Origin: Minisyncoccota bacterium
Lineage (GTDB): Bacteria > Patescibacteriota > Minisyncoccia > Phycocordibacterales > UBA918
DNA: 64,000 nt
Direction of reading: 5' to 3'
Assembly: GCA_021734905.1 (NCBI GenBank)
Contig: JAIPIB010000001.1
Location: 71,476 to 135,475, forward strand
A program made the position numbers and the translations under genes. This document shows positions 38,999-49,085 of this stretch, piece after piece. Every line of letters starts with the position of its first letter. Position 1 is the stretch's first letter. The notes below the pieces were generated by a model that had not been told where the DNA came from, made no database searches, and was given only the letters and a program-made list of their open reading frames with translations.

Positions 38999-39989
38999 AC
39001 GAGCCTTCATAACGGGAGTATATGGACAGGATGGATCGTATCTTGCTGAGGTTCTTCTTGATAGTGGATATGAGGTTCTTGGACTTGTGTCTCCTTCAGA
39101 TAAAAAGAATCAAGATGCAAAACTTTTTCAAGAGAAAAAAGAATTCTCTCTTTTTGTTGCTAATTTAGAAGATGCGGGACGTATCGTGGAAAAACTTGAA
39201 GAATTTCGACCACATGAAATATATAATCTTGCTGCAGTCTCTGATTTAAAAACAGCAAAAGAACGACCAGAGTATACCTACGATATAAATTATACTGCAT
39301 TCAAAAACCTTGTTACACATGCGACTGACATTGATTCTTCTGTGAAGATCTTTCAGGCACTCTCATCAAGAATTCTTGTTCCCAATACACAAGGCGTCAT
39401 CGAGGAGACTTCACAATTTTCTGAACCGAGTAATGCGTATGACAAAGCAAAAAGAGATTCGTATACGTTTGTCCGTGACTACAGAGACCGTGGTTTTTTT
39501 GTAGCATCAGGCTTTCTCTGTAATCATGAATCACCACGGAGGGGTCCTCGTTTCGTGACAGGGAAGATCGCACGAGGAGTCATTGATATTGAAAACGGAG
39601 CTATTGAAAAAATATATGTCGGGAATGTTAACGCCCTAAGGGACTGGAGTCACGCAAAAGATGTCGTGAGGGCGATGTATGCCGTCCTTCAAGTTCCTGT
39701 GTCAGACGATTATGTTATTGGGTCAGGTGAACTTCATTCGGTAAGAGATTTTATTAGTGAGGCTTTTAATGCTATAAAAATGCCCCTTACGTGGGCAGGT
39801 GAAGGTATAGATACGTATGCAGTCGATTTGAGCGGTACCGTTCGTGTAGCTGTTGATCCAGAATTCTTTCAAGTCGATGATAACCCAGTAGTCTCAAATA
39901 CAAAAAAGTTAAAGACAGACACAGGATGGTCACCAAAAATCTCTTTTTCAGAACTTATCTCGGAGATGGTAGAGGCTGAGCGCTTGTGA
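38982..39989 (+). CDS. GDP-mannose 4,6-dehydratase family protein (divergent paralog 3, possibly altered specificity)
   Basis: KRAFITGVYGQDGSYL, YDKAKRDSY, FLCNHESPRRGPRFVTGKIA. Confidence 0.75.
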   Translation: MSTRSKRAFITGVYGQDGSYLAEVLLDSGYEVLGLVSPSDKKNQDAKLFQEKKEFSLFVANLEDAGRIVEKLEEFRPHEIYNLAAVSDLKTAKERPEYTYDINYTAFKNLVTHATDIDSSVKIFQALSSRILVPNTQGVIEETSQFSEPSNAYDKAKRDSYTFVRDYRDRGFFVASGFLCNHESPRRGPRFVTGKIARGVIDIENGAIEKIYVGNVNALRDWSHAKDVVRAMYAVLQVPVSDDYVIGSGELHSVRDFISEAFNAIKMPLTWAGEGIDTYAVDLSGTVRVAVDPEFFQVDDNPVVSNTKKLKTDTGWSPKISFSELISEMVEAERL

Positions 39990-39990
39990 T

Positions 39991-41265
39991 TTATTTCTGA
40001 AAAGTAATTATCTCAAACTTTGGGCAGGGGACAATGAAGGCTCCTCCTTTCTCGAGGTACTCCTTTTCACGTGTTGTAAACTCATTTATGAAGTGCCAAG
40101 GTAAAACGAGCATGTAATCAGGTTTCTTATTTCGAGCTTCTTCCTCAGAGAATATTGGTATGTTAGATCCTGCTGTTTTCTTTCCATATTTTATTGATGA
40201 TCGCTCGGCGATTCCATCAATATGGTTGTCATTGAGGCCGTACCACTGAAGAAGAGTGTTTCCTTTTGTTGAAGCACCATAACCCATGATTTTCTTTCCA
40301 TCAAGCTTTGCCTGTTCAATAAAATCCATAGTCTGCTTCTTGAGCTCTTGTATCTGGGAGAAAAAGTCTGTATACGTCCGTGGATCTTTGAGGTTCATTT
40401 TTTCTTCGAGAGCGAGAATCCCATCGATACGCATTTGCGCAACGTCCCTGTATGGAGCTGTGGCGAAAAGCGATGCAGTTGCATCTTTTTTACGAATGTA
40501 GATTCTAAAACTACCACCGTTGATGTCGTTTAACTGACAGTCGACTACTCTAAGATCATGCTGGTCAAGGAGGTATATAAGAGACTCAAGGCTGTAATAC
40601 TCAAGATGTTCATGGCAGATATTATCAAAGGCGAGTTGCTTGAGCATGAGAGGAAGGTAACTCATCTGGATAATCCAGAGTCCTTCATCATCAAGTGAGT
40701 CGTATATATCAGAGACAAAGGCATGTGGTTCCTCGAGATCATAAAACATCGCGATGGACGTAATTATTTTTGCTTTCTGTAACCCTGTCTCTTTATATTT
40801 GTCTGCCGTGAAGTAGTCAACAATAACTTCGTCTGCATGTTTTTTTGATTCTTCCTCAAGGAAGGTATTAAGTGCTGGGTCGAAGCCAACTCTTTTTATT
40901 GAAGGGTCGACATTTGCTAGTAGCGTCCCATCGTTACACCCAATATCAAGCCACACATCATCTGAAGTAGGGTGTATCATTTTTGTTGCGCTCTCGGCTA
41001 TTTCTTTGAGTTCCTGTCGCATTGTCGCATTGGTGCCAGAGCGATACCAATACTCTCGGTACATTGCATCAAAGTCAGCAGTATGGGCGAGCTGGACGAG
41101 TCCAGATTTTGGAGCAAGCATCATTTTAAGTTCAACAGGTTCAAGACGTGGCTCAATATCAGGGTCAATGAAGTCTGAAATGTGGAGTTCTCCCAAGGTG
41201 AAAAGCTCAATGAGTGGCTCTCCAGATATTCGGCATACGGCACGATCCTCCTTGTTTTTTAGCAT
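39991..41265 (-). CDS. Sugar C-methyltransferase-like class I SAM methyltransferase (TylCIII/NovU-like architecture)
   Basis: LDIGCNDGTLL motif I. Two-domain size of 424 aa, consistent with an NDP-hexose C-methyltransferase N-terminal plus C-terminal domain. Assignment by overall resemblance only. Confidence 0.55.
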   Translation of the reverse strand: MLKNKEDRAVCRISGEPLIELFTLGELHISDFIDPDIEPRLEPVELKMMLAPKSGLVQLAHTADFDAMYREYWYRSGTNATMRQELKEIAESATKMIHPTSDDVWLDIGCNDGTLLANVDPSIKRVGFDPALNTFLEEESKKHADEVIVDYFTADKYKETGLQKAKIITSIAMFYDLEEPHAFVSDIYDSLDDEGLWIIQMSYLPLMLKQLAFDNICHEHLEYYSLESLIYLLDQHDLRVVDCQLNDINGGSFRIYIRKKDATASLFATAPYRDVAQMRIDGILALEEKMNLKDPRTYTDFFSQIQELKKQTMDFIEQAKLDGKKIMGYGASTKGNTLLQWYGLNDNHIDGIAERSSIKYGKKTAGSNIPIFSEEEARNKKPDYMLVLPWHFINEFTTREKEYLEKGGAFIVPCPKFEIITFQK

Positions 41266-41317
41266 GGTGAGATTATAACGTGTGACTCATGTACGTACAA
41301 GCACCTGCTGAAGGGGT

Positions 41318-42115
41318 ATGATACACTTCTACCATATATGGTTGTGGTGGGATCTGACTTTAGATATGTTCAAATTCATTAAAGAAAGATTATATTTTTT
41401 GAAACGGTGGTATCGACTCGTTTTTACCTATCCACAAGCAAAAATTTTGGTTGAGGAATCTCTTAATTATGATGAATACTGGAAAGAGAAGCGGGGTAAT
41501 ATCGATGGTACGCAAGCGCGCGCGATTTCAGCGAATGAAAAGATGCGAGCGGATTATGTTGCTCGAATCATTGGAAATACTGACTCTGTAGTGATTGGAG
41601 ACATTGCTTCTGGCCCGGGAGTCATCTACAACTACCTTAAGGGCAAAATACAGTTGCGGGGATACATCGGTTATGAATATTCTGAATATGCACTCAATGT
41701 TGCAAGATCTTTAGGTATGACGGGAGTGCAGTTCGATATAAATTCAGAGCGGGATCTCTCAGAAGTCCAAGAAGCAGATTATTTTCTTATGCTCGAAATT
41801 CTTGAGCATATCCCACATTCGGAGAAAGTTTTAGCATCTATGTATAACAAAGCGAGAAAAGGAGTATTTTTTTCATTCCCGAATTCTGGAAACTTCTTAT
41901 ATCGACTTAGGGTGCTCTTCGGTAGGATGCCAGCACAGTGGATTAAATTTCCTAATGAACATTTGCGTTTCTGGACATATACGGACTTGCAGTGGTGGCT
42001 CAAAGCTCTTGGATATAAAGACTATGAAATTTATGCGTACCGCGGTGCTCCAGTTTTAGAGAAAATCTGGCCAGCACTCTTCGCGGGTAGTTTTGTGGTT
42101 TATCTTAAAAAATGA
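41318..42115 (+). CDS. Class I SAM-dependent methyltransferase
   Basis: VVIGDIASGPGVIYNYL motif I and DYFLMLEILEHIP. Confidence 0.6.
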   Translation: MIHFYHIWLWWDLTLDMFKFIKERLYFLKRWYRLVFTYPQAKILVEESLNYDEYWKEKRGNIDGTQARAISANEKMRADYVARIIGNTDSVVIGDIASGPGVIYNYLKGKIQLRGYIGYEYSEYALNVARSLGMTGVQFDINSERDLSEVQEADYFLMLEILEHIPHSEKVLASMYNKARKGVFFSFPNSGNFLYRLRVLFGRMPAQWIKFPNEHLRFWTYTDLQWWLKALGYKDYEIYAYRGAPVLEKIWPALFAGSFVVYLKK

Positions 42116-42168
42116 CTATAACTTGAAGATAGCAACCTTTTATGTGTAATTTTAGTACTATTGGTTAG

Positions 42169-43167
42169 TTGTATCAGCAAAATAATATGTTAGAACGTGA
42201 TTTAGTTGAAGAAAGAATTAAACAGACTATTGCTGCGGAAGTTGCAGCTGTCTCCAACTTGTCTGAGGGCATTGATGATAATTTTTATCGTGCAGTTGCA
42301 TTAATTGCTGATCGAGGTGGAAAGATACTCATCACCGGGGTTGGGAAATCAGGGTATATTGCTATGAAGATGGTCGCGACTCTTATTAGTCTTGGTCATG
42401 AATCGGTATTTTTAAATCCGCTTGATGCTTTACATGGAGATTCTGGGATGGTCAAGGATGACGATGTGTTGGTCGTCTTTTCTTTTTCTGGTGGATCACC
42501 TGAGTTGGTGAGGATCGTTGAGCACCTTAAGAAACATTTTTCTATTGGTGTCGTGACAATTACTGGGAATTGTAATTCTATGCTTTCAAAATTGTCTGAT
42601 GAAGCGATCACTTTTTCGGTGGAAGAAGAAGGGTGTCCTTTAGGTCTTGCACCTATGGCAAGTACGACAGCATCACTCGTAATTGCTGACAGTATTGCTG
42701 CAGCATTGACGTCACCTGACACTTTTAGGCAAGAACATTTTGCTATGTTCCATCCTGCAGGAAGTCTCGGGCTTTCATTAAAAAAAGTCAAAGAAATCAT
42801 GCGCGGAGGCGACGAATTACCAAAGGTATCGATGTATATTAGTTTTGAGGAAGTGCTTGAAGCAATAACTTCGCAACGGCTCGCGCAGATTGTCGGTGTT
42901 GTAGACGAGGAAGGGTATTTGGTTGGAGCACTCGGTGATGGAGATATAAGAAAAATGCTTATTAAACATGGAGACCTTCGGGGGAAACAGATTAATATCT
43001 TCATGAATCAATCACCTAAAACAATCAATGAAGATGATAGTCTGCAGGTCGCACTTCAAACAATGAAAGAACATAAAATTAACAATCTTTTTGTGACTGA
43101 TAGCAACAATGTCTATATTGGGTTTATTCATCTGCATGACATTGTTGGTGATTATGCAACGTCTTGA
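42169..43167 (+). CDS. kpsF: Arabinose-5-phosphate isomerase (KpsF/GutQ; SIS domain plus tandem CBS)
   Basis: GKILITGVGKSGYIAMKMVATLISLG (SIS) and two CBS repeats at the C-terminus. Confidence 0.85.
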   Translation: MYQQNNMLERDLVEERIKQTIAAEVAAVSNLSEGIDDNFYRAVALIADRGGKILITGVGKSGYIAMKMVATLISLGHESVFLNPLDALHGDSGMVKDDDVLVVFSFSGGSPELVRIVEHLKKHFSIGVVTITGNCNSMLSKLSDEAITFSVEEEGCPLGLAPMASTTASLVIADSIAAALTSPDTFRQEHFAMFHPAGSLGLSLKKVKEIMRGGDELPKVSMYISFEEVLEAITSQRLAQIVGVVDEEGYLVGALGDGDIRKMLIKHGDLRGKQINIFMNQSPKTINEDDSLQVALQTMKEHKINNLFVTDSNNVYIGFIHLHDIVGDYATS

Positions 43168-43200
43168 TTTTTTTACAGAAAAGTTTTTCCATCAAGTTAA

Positions 43201-44706
43201 ATGAATTCTATGGAGCCTAATAAACATTATGCAATTGATCTTCTTACTCGGATTAATGCATTGCAACATAACGGAAAAGATATTTCCTTAGCCTTTATCG
43301 AAGGCAAGTATTCACGATGGGCATTTCAGCAGTTTTTCCTCCTGAGTCAGATTGAGGAATTCAGTAAGACAAAAGATTTTTCAAATTATATTAAGAGACG
43401 AAAGCCACGATATGGGACCATTAGTATTTTTTTTGTCATCCTTTTCGAAGTTGTGACTGTGTTTTTTACGATACTACAAATTATGTACGTTCGTATTCAT
43501 CGTCCAAGAGTAATAACATTTTCATCGGATTTTTTAGATGCTTCGACCCATCTTAATCCACGATTGCGAAATATTTATTCATATTTTCATGCTAAAAATA
43601 TATCTTACGTTGAAATTCTCCATGTTACGACAGTGCGAAATTTTCTTATAAATATATGGAAACGAGGAGGATTAAGTATTTATCTTGAAGCATTTAACAC
43701 AGTATCACGTGCATGGACTTTTGTGAGTCGAAAAACTAATGCTGATGACTTTGTTAAGGAGCTTGATTTACAGAACATTCATGAAGATGAGCGTAAATTT
43801 GTCGAGTACCTTATTGCTGAGGCTGTTGAAAAAATTCAAGTCGCTAAAATAAATTCCGTCATTATTCAAGCCTTTTTACGTTTCAGTGGTGTGCGGGAAT
43901 ATGTATCTGCAGATGATTTCCGATATATACCTGAGTTGCTCCTTGCTTGTGAAAGGGAACATATACCATCGTATGTATTTCAACACTCAAATTTTGGATA
44001 TCTGACTGGAATGTATTTATTACCACCACAGATATATATTTTTCCTTTAATTTTCTTTACGTGGAATGCTTACTGGAAGAGAAGAATTAAAGAAATAAGT
44101 CCATTTTTTTCAGAGTATGGGTCTCGTATTGAAATCGGAGGACGTTCATTTACACCAGCGCAACCCGTACAGGTCATTCGTAAGAAGTTGGACAGCACAA
44201 GAGATAGCATTTCAGTACTAATTCCATATGAAGTTTCTGTGAGCAGGGATCAAATTATTCCATACACTAGCCAACTTCTTGGCGACTCACGAATCAGAAT
44301 ATTTTTTGTTCTAAGAGGAACCATTGATCAGATTGATTATGGAATGCAACTGGATAAATACTTTACTTCTGAACATCAAAAGAGCCCACAACTGGTTGTC
44401 GTGGAACCATCTGGACGGCAAGGAGCCGTCGAAAATTGTAATGTCATTGCAGGCGTGTATTCTGGTTTCCTTGATGAGTCGATTGAGACAGGTGTGCCAA
44501 TTTGTGTATTCATGACTGATTTTCTCACGGTAAATAGGCTCGATGAAGACAATCTTGCGTCCACTATTGACTATGTTCAGGGGAATATCTATGATCAGCT
44601 ACGCAGTGCTTGTATGACACCAGACCATATTTTGTCTGAGAGAAGAGAGAGAGTTCATTCGGGCACTGTAGATATTCGTAAGACACTGCAGAGGATATTG
44701 GAATAA
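43201..44706 (+). CDS. Hypothetical membrane-associated protein (501 aa) sandwiched between kpsF and kdsB. Candidate Kdo-handling transferase, by inference only.
   Basis: One TM helix around residues 70-95. No motif I can name. The function is suggested solely by gene context. Confidence 0.45.
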   Translation: MNSMEPNKHYAIDLLTRINALQHNGKDISLAFIEGKYSRWAFQQFFLLSQIEEFSKTKDFSNYIKRRKPRYGTISIFFVILFEVVTVFFTILQIMYVRIHRPRVITFSSDFLDASTHLNPRLRNIYSYFHAKNISYVEILHVTTVRNFLINIWKRGGLSIYLEAFNTVSRAWTFVSRKTNADDFVKELDLQNIHEDERKFVEYLIAEAVEKIQVAKINSVIIQAFLRFSGVREYVSADDFRYIPELLLACEREHIPSYVFQHSNFGYLTGMYLLPPQIYIFPLIFFTWNAYWKRRIKEISPFFSEYGSRIEIGGRSFTPAQPVQVIRKKLDSTRDSISVLIPYEVSVSRDQIIPYTSQLLGDSRIRIFFVLRGTIDQIDYGMQLDKYFTSEHQKSPQLVVVEPSGRQGAVENCNVIAGVYSGFLDESIETGVPICVFMTDFLTVNRLDEDNLASTIDYVQGNIYDQLRSACMTPDHILSERRERVHSGTVDIRKTLQRILE

Positions 44707-44739
44707 GTCCATATGTTTGAAATAAACTAAGAGATTAGT

Positions 44740-45495
44740 ATGAATATAAATAAAGATATAAAAGTACTCGGAGTAATATCAGCTCGAATTGGATCAACAC
44801 GAGTATCGAGAAAGATGCTTAAGGATGTCTATGGGAAGACGCTCATTTGCAGGGCGTATGAGAGGACTGTTCAGGCAAAAAAATTAGACGCACTTGTAAT
44901 TGCAACAGATTCGGATGAAATTGAAGCTGAAGCAAAATCATTTGGAGCAAAGGTTATTCGGTCCATCAAGGAGCATGCGAATGGTACGGAACGCACAGCT
45001 GAAGCCGTAAAAATATTTGATGAATTTCTTCCTGATACTGTGGTGACTGTTTGGGGTGATGAGCCAACCTACCCTGCCTCAGCAATTGATGATTGTATTG
45101 ATTTGTTTCATACGGGTAAGTTTGATGTCGTTATACCTTCATTCAAGATCCATAATCCAGCATCCATAGATGATCCAAGTGTGGGGAAGGTGGTTACCGA
45201 TATTCATGGACGTATTTTGTATCTCTCTCGTTCTACTATTCCACATAATTATAAAGGTGCGAGTGTCGATTACTATCATGCGAGTGGTGCAATGATTATG
45301 CATCGAGACTTTTTTGATATTTATAGTTCACTTCCAAGAACAGGATTAGAGGCGATAGAAGATATTGAACAACTGAGAATTCTTGAGCAAGGATATTCGA
45401 TTGGAACTATTAAAACCAATTTTTTGAATCAAGGGGTAAATACACCGGAAGATTATGAAGCCGTCGTTCAAATATATAAAGAACGAGAAGGGTAG
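44740..45495 (+). CDS. kdsB: 3-deoxy-manno-octulosonate cytidylyltransferase (CMP-Kdo synthetase)
   Basis: HANGTERTAEAV...VVTVWGDEPTYP, LYLSRSTIP, EDIEQLRILEQGYSIGT...GVNTPEDY align block-for-block with E. coli KdsB. Confidence 0.8.
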   Translation: MNINKDIKVLGVISARIGSTRVSRKMLKDVYGKTLICRAYERTVQAKKLDALVIATDSDEIEAEAKSFGAKVIRSIKEHANGTERTAEAVKIFDEFLPDTVVTVWGDEPTYPASAIDDCIDLFHTGKFDVVIPSFKIHNPASIDDPSVGKVVTDIHGRILYLSRSTIPHNYKGASVDYYHASGAMIMHRDFFDIYSSLPRTGLEAIEDIEQLRILEQGYSIGTIKTNFLNQGVNTPEDYEAVVQIYKEREG

Positions 45496-45512
45496 TGTTT
45501 TTTATATAAAAT

Positions 45513-46793
45513 TTATTTAGAATTATCTTTTTCTGATCTTGAAAAGAGAATCATTTGTAGAATTATAGTCGCTCCTTTTGAAAGTAAAATAGATAGAATG
45601 GCGCCGAGAACTCCATAGTGGGGAATAAGTATGACAAAGAAAAAGATTTTTAACCCAGAGTCAAATATTCTGATTGAATAAAGAGATTTTATTTTTTTTT
45701 GGATTTGAAGAGCGTTACCGTGAAGGATTCCAGCAGCAATAATGGGAAGAATGAGTATGTAGATTGATGCATACCATGAAGCCTCAACATATTGAGGAAA
45801 CAGCAATGAATAGAGTGGTTTCGCTATTATCCAGAAAAGTATAGTGATAACGAGCGTGACGATGACGTATGTTCGTGTGTGAGTTTTGATACTATGAGCA
45901 AGTTGCGCGTCATTTTTTGTACTAAGTCTTGGTATAACCATCGAATTAATTAATTTGTTGATACTTCGAATTTGATCAGGAATTCCAACTGAAAACGCAT
46001 AAATAGCTAGTTGGTATGGTCCAAGGAATTGGAAAATAAGGATTTTGTCGATATATTCAGCTATAACACTAATGATGTTTCCAACACTGAGGTGCCTACT
46101 GAGTGCCTGCTCAGAGACGTCGACACTATTTTTGTCAGGGTTATAAAATCGGAGAGTTCTTTTTTGAGCAAGATATTGATAAAGCGTCATCGAGCCATTG
46201 TAGGCAAGGAGTATCCAAAACACACTTGTGGCATCAAAAAATATAATACATGCTATGGAAGACACTACGGTAATTGAACTGAGTACTTGATTTTTTGCGA
46301 GATTCTTAAAATCTTTTTTTCCGTTTAGAAACGAAGTGTGCAGTATGAAAATATTTTGCAGATATACAAAAGTGCTCATGAGTATGACTCCAAGTCCAAG
46401 AACATAATTATCGTTATAGATGTAGTATCCGCCAAAGAAAAGCGAGATTATTATTGCGGGAGTACCCCATAGAGCAGAGAGTTTTTTTTCGTATTCAAGC
46501 GACCCATCAAATCCCTTTGAAACTGATTGCAGCACTGCGCTGGCAGCACCAGTAAGCGAAAAAGCACTTATTATTCCAGCAACAGCAAGGATGTATTTAT
46601 ATTGTCCATAGGTAGTTGAATCAATATAGTTCGCGAGAAGTACCGAAACAAGAAATCCACAAAGTGTACCAAAGGCATGACTACTACTAATTATAGTACC
46701 GTTTTTAAGTAAATAATGAATATCAATATGAAATTTTTTTTGTATGATGTTGAGAAAAGATTCTAATTTCATGGTGTGTGTTGATTTTACCAC
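45513..46793 (-). CDS. Wzx-type oligosaccharide flippase (polysaccharide biosynthesis protein / MOP superfamily)
   Basis: 426 aa with about 12 predicted TM helices and a typical Wzx hydrophobicity profile. Confidence 0.7.
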   Translation of the reverse strand: MVKSTHTMKLESFLNIIQKKFHIDIHYLLKNGTIISSSHAFGTLCGFLVSVLLANYIDSTTYGQYKYILAVAGIISAFSLTGAASAVLQSVSKGFDGSLEYEKKLSALWGTPAIIISLFFGGYYIYNDNYVLGLGVILMSTFVYLQNIFILHTSFLNGKKDFKNLAKNQVLSSITVVSSIACIIFFDATSVFWILLAYNGSMTLYQYLAQKRTLRFYNPDKNSVDVSEQALSRHLSVGNIISVIAEYIDKILIFQFLGPYQLAIYAFSVGIPDQIRSINKLINSMVIPRLSTKNDAQLAHSIKTHTRTYVIVTLVITILFWIIAKPLYSLLFPQYVEASWYASIYILILPIIAAGILHGNALQIQKKIKSLYSIRIFDSGLKIFFFVILIPHYGVLGAILSILLSKGATIILQMILFSRSEKDNSK

Positions 46794-47320
46794 TACCTAG
46801 TACATGAAGATGGTTGTGTGATATTTGTAACCACTATTGTAGGCTATAAGTTTAGCCTATTCGTGGCCTGTTTTTAGAGTATGAGAGTCAAGGCTCCAAA
46901 TATGATACTATCCTTATGTACAATATGTAGCATTCTTGGAACAACAAAATCAATACAAAATCTTACTCGAGTGAATTACTTCCAATGATTTCGAGGCCTT
47001 GATTTGACCAATCTAATACAATACGGAGATTTTGCACTTGCTCACAATCTCCTTAGCATAACGGGTGACGTAACACCACAGCCATTTGTGTCGAAAGGTA
47101 ACGAAACGAAATATCGAGCCTTTGAGTTCTAGTGATTGGTGAGTCGTTTAACTCACACATAATATTCACTTTGAGGAGACACGCACTGTTGATGGTCTGT
47201 ATTCCTACATGTATGTAGGGGGGCAGTTTGCATTTTAAATGACCTAACTCTAAAATACAAAGTTGGATTACAGAACACTCAATCGCAGTCCTTGTAGGAC
47301 TTGCTGTCGCTATTCTAGTA

Positions 47321-49009
47321 GTGTCTCCACATATTCGATCTTTTCTCATAATTGGTTCTGAAAATTTTGAAGGGGTATACCCAGCTTTTAATGATGATGA
47401 AATCACGTATCAAGCGAGAATCAAAGAAGCGGTGGAAGGAAATTTGAACATTGGGAATCCATACATTAAGGAGCATATGAGTGATCCGTTTATTATGCCA
47501 CCAGTTGGTGAGTGGATAATTGCCATCGGGGCATGGATAACGAATACATCAGTACCGTTTATGACGAGTGCAAGTGATTTTGTTTTTGGTTTTGTTGACT
47601 TTGTGCTTGTCTACGCACTTTTTCTTATGGTCACCAGAAAAAGAAAATGGGTGGCACTCTTTTATACAGTACTGTTTATTTCTTTCTCTCTTTCGACATT
47701 TGGTCGCCCAATAAGCCCGCAACTCAATTCCATTTTTTTATATTTGGGAATTATAGCTACTGCGCGCATTTATTTTCTTGATGGTGTATCAAAGAAGTCG
47801 TGGAACCGCACGGCCGGCCTTATTGCTGGTATTACCTGTTTTATCTCCCCGTATTTTTTCACCGCACTACTCGTATTTTATTTTGCACTTTTTTTACTGA
47901 AAGGAGTATTTGAAAAAAGTATTGAACCACTTAAAAGAAACATTCCATCATTTCTGATAACATTTATACCATTTGCGTTACTCTATGCATTCTTTCAAAT
48001 ACGCGCTGCTGGAGATCCTTCGTATAGTGAAACTGTGCTTCGGTATGGTCTTTTCCAGTCACATCTCCCAGGAAGTTATACAAACGTGGCCTTTGGTGTG
48101 CTTACATTGGGGGTAATTTTTATAGCATACAAATTTCTCACACAAAGAGCATTTATTTTTGGCCTAAGTGTTGTGAGTAGTATATGGATACTTAATTTAC
48201 AAAACATTATTACGGGCAAATCACTTCAATTTTCAAGCCATTATCTATTTACCACGATTCTTTTTGTACTCATGGCGCTGGCAGTTATTCACGGGGCACT
48301 TCTCGAACAGAAAGGAAAAACTAGTAATAGGAAAACTATGGCTATTATAGGAATTATTTTTGTGGTATCGCTTGTTGCATATAATCAGCGAAATGAATTT
48401 ATGCATATTGCCAATATGCCATACACACGAGAGGAGCTCATCGAAGAGCAGAGGAAAATGAAAGTGTTTGAATGGCTGAATGAAAATACTGAGCCAAATT
48501 CTGTCGTGTATTCATTGGGAGATAATTATGATTTTCTTATTCCGATCTACACTGAAAATAAGGTTTATTATAATTTTTATGCGGCGCTCTACCCAGCATC
48601 GAATACTGAAACGGAAGAGCGATGGCTTATACAGAACATGTTTGTACCGGAGATAGATTCGAACACGATACGAGATAGGCAGCGAGAATTTTGGGGTAAT
48701 CGATTTATTGATGTCTACCAATCCGCCGAAAATAGAAAAAAAATTGTTGCCTTTTTGACACGAACAAAGTACGCTCCTTCAGAAATGATTGACGAAAGTT
48801 TCATCGACTATATGCATACAAGATGGGAAGGAATTAAAGAGCAACCACATGAGGAACTATTCGGACGCTATCAAATTGATTATATTCTTCTGAGTAAAGA
48901 ATATTTGTATTTCAATGATACAAAGAAACGTCTTGATGAAACAAAGAATATTACTTTGCAGACCACTATGAATGGAGAATTAATTTATAGTGTTGTGGAC
49001 CCACTGTAG
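47321..49009 (+). CDS. Integral membrane protein (562 aa): about 9-10 TM helices plus a roughly 230-aa soluble C-terminal domain. GT-C-like glycosyltransferase candidate.
   Basis: GTG start in the ORF track. The in-frame upstream codons 47243-47320 encode a hydrophobic stretch with no ATG. The topology resembles PMT/ArnT-type GT-C enzymes. Confidence 0.5.
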   Translation: MSPHIRSFLIIGSENFEGVYPAFNDDEITYQARIKEAVEGNLNIGNPYIKEHMSDPFIMPPVGEWIIAIGAWITNTSVPFMTSASDFVFGFVDFVLVYALFLMVTRKRKWVALFYTVLFISFSLSTFGRPISPQLNSIFLYLGIIATARIYFLDGVSKKSWNRTAGLIAGITCFISPYFFTALLVFYFALFLLKGVFEKSIEPLKRNIPSFLITFIPFALLYAFFQIRAAGDPSYSETVLRYGLFQSHLPGSYTNVAFGVLTLGVIFIAYKFLTQRAFIFGLSVVSSIWILNLQNIITGKSLQFSSHYLFTTILFVLMALAVIHGALLEQKGKTSNRKTMAIIGIIFVVSLVAYNQRNEFMHIANMPYTREELIEEQRKMKVFEWLNENTEPNSVVYSLGDNYDFLIPIYTENKVYYNFYAALYPASNTETEERWLIQNMFVPEIDSNTIRDRQREFWGNRFIDVYQSAENRKKIVAFLTRTKYAPSEMIDESFIDYMHTRWEGIKEQPHEELFGRYQIDYILLSKEYLYFNDTKKRLDETKNITLQTTMNGELIYSVVDPL

Positions 49010-49085
49010 TCCGTTTAATTCTGTATCTTTGAATGAATATGGTAAGTTATAGAAATTGCTGGAGACAACAAGAAATAAATAATTT

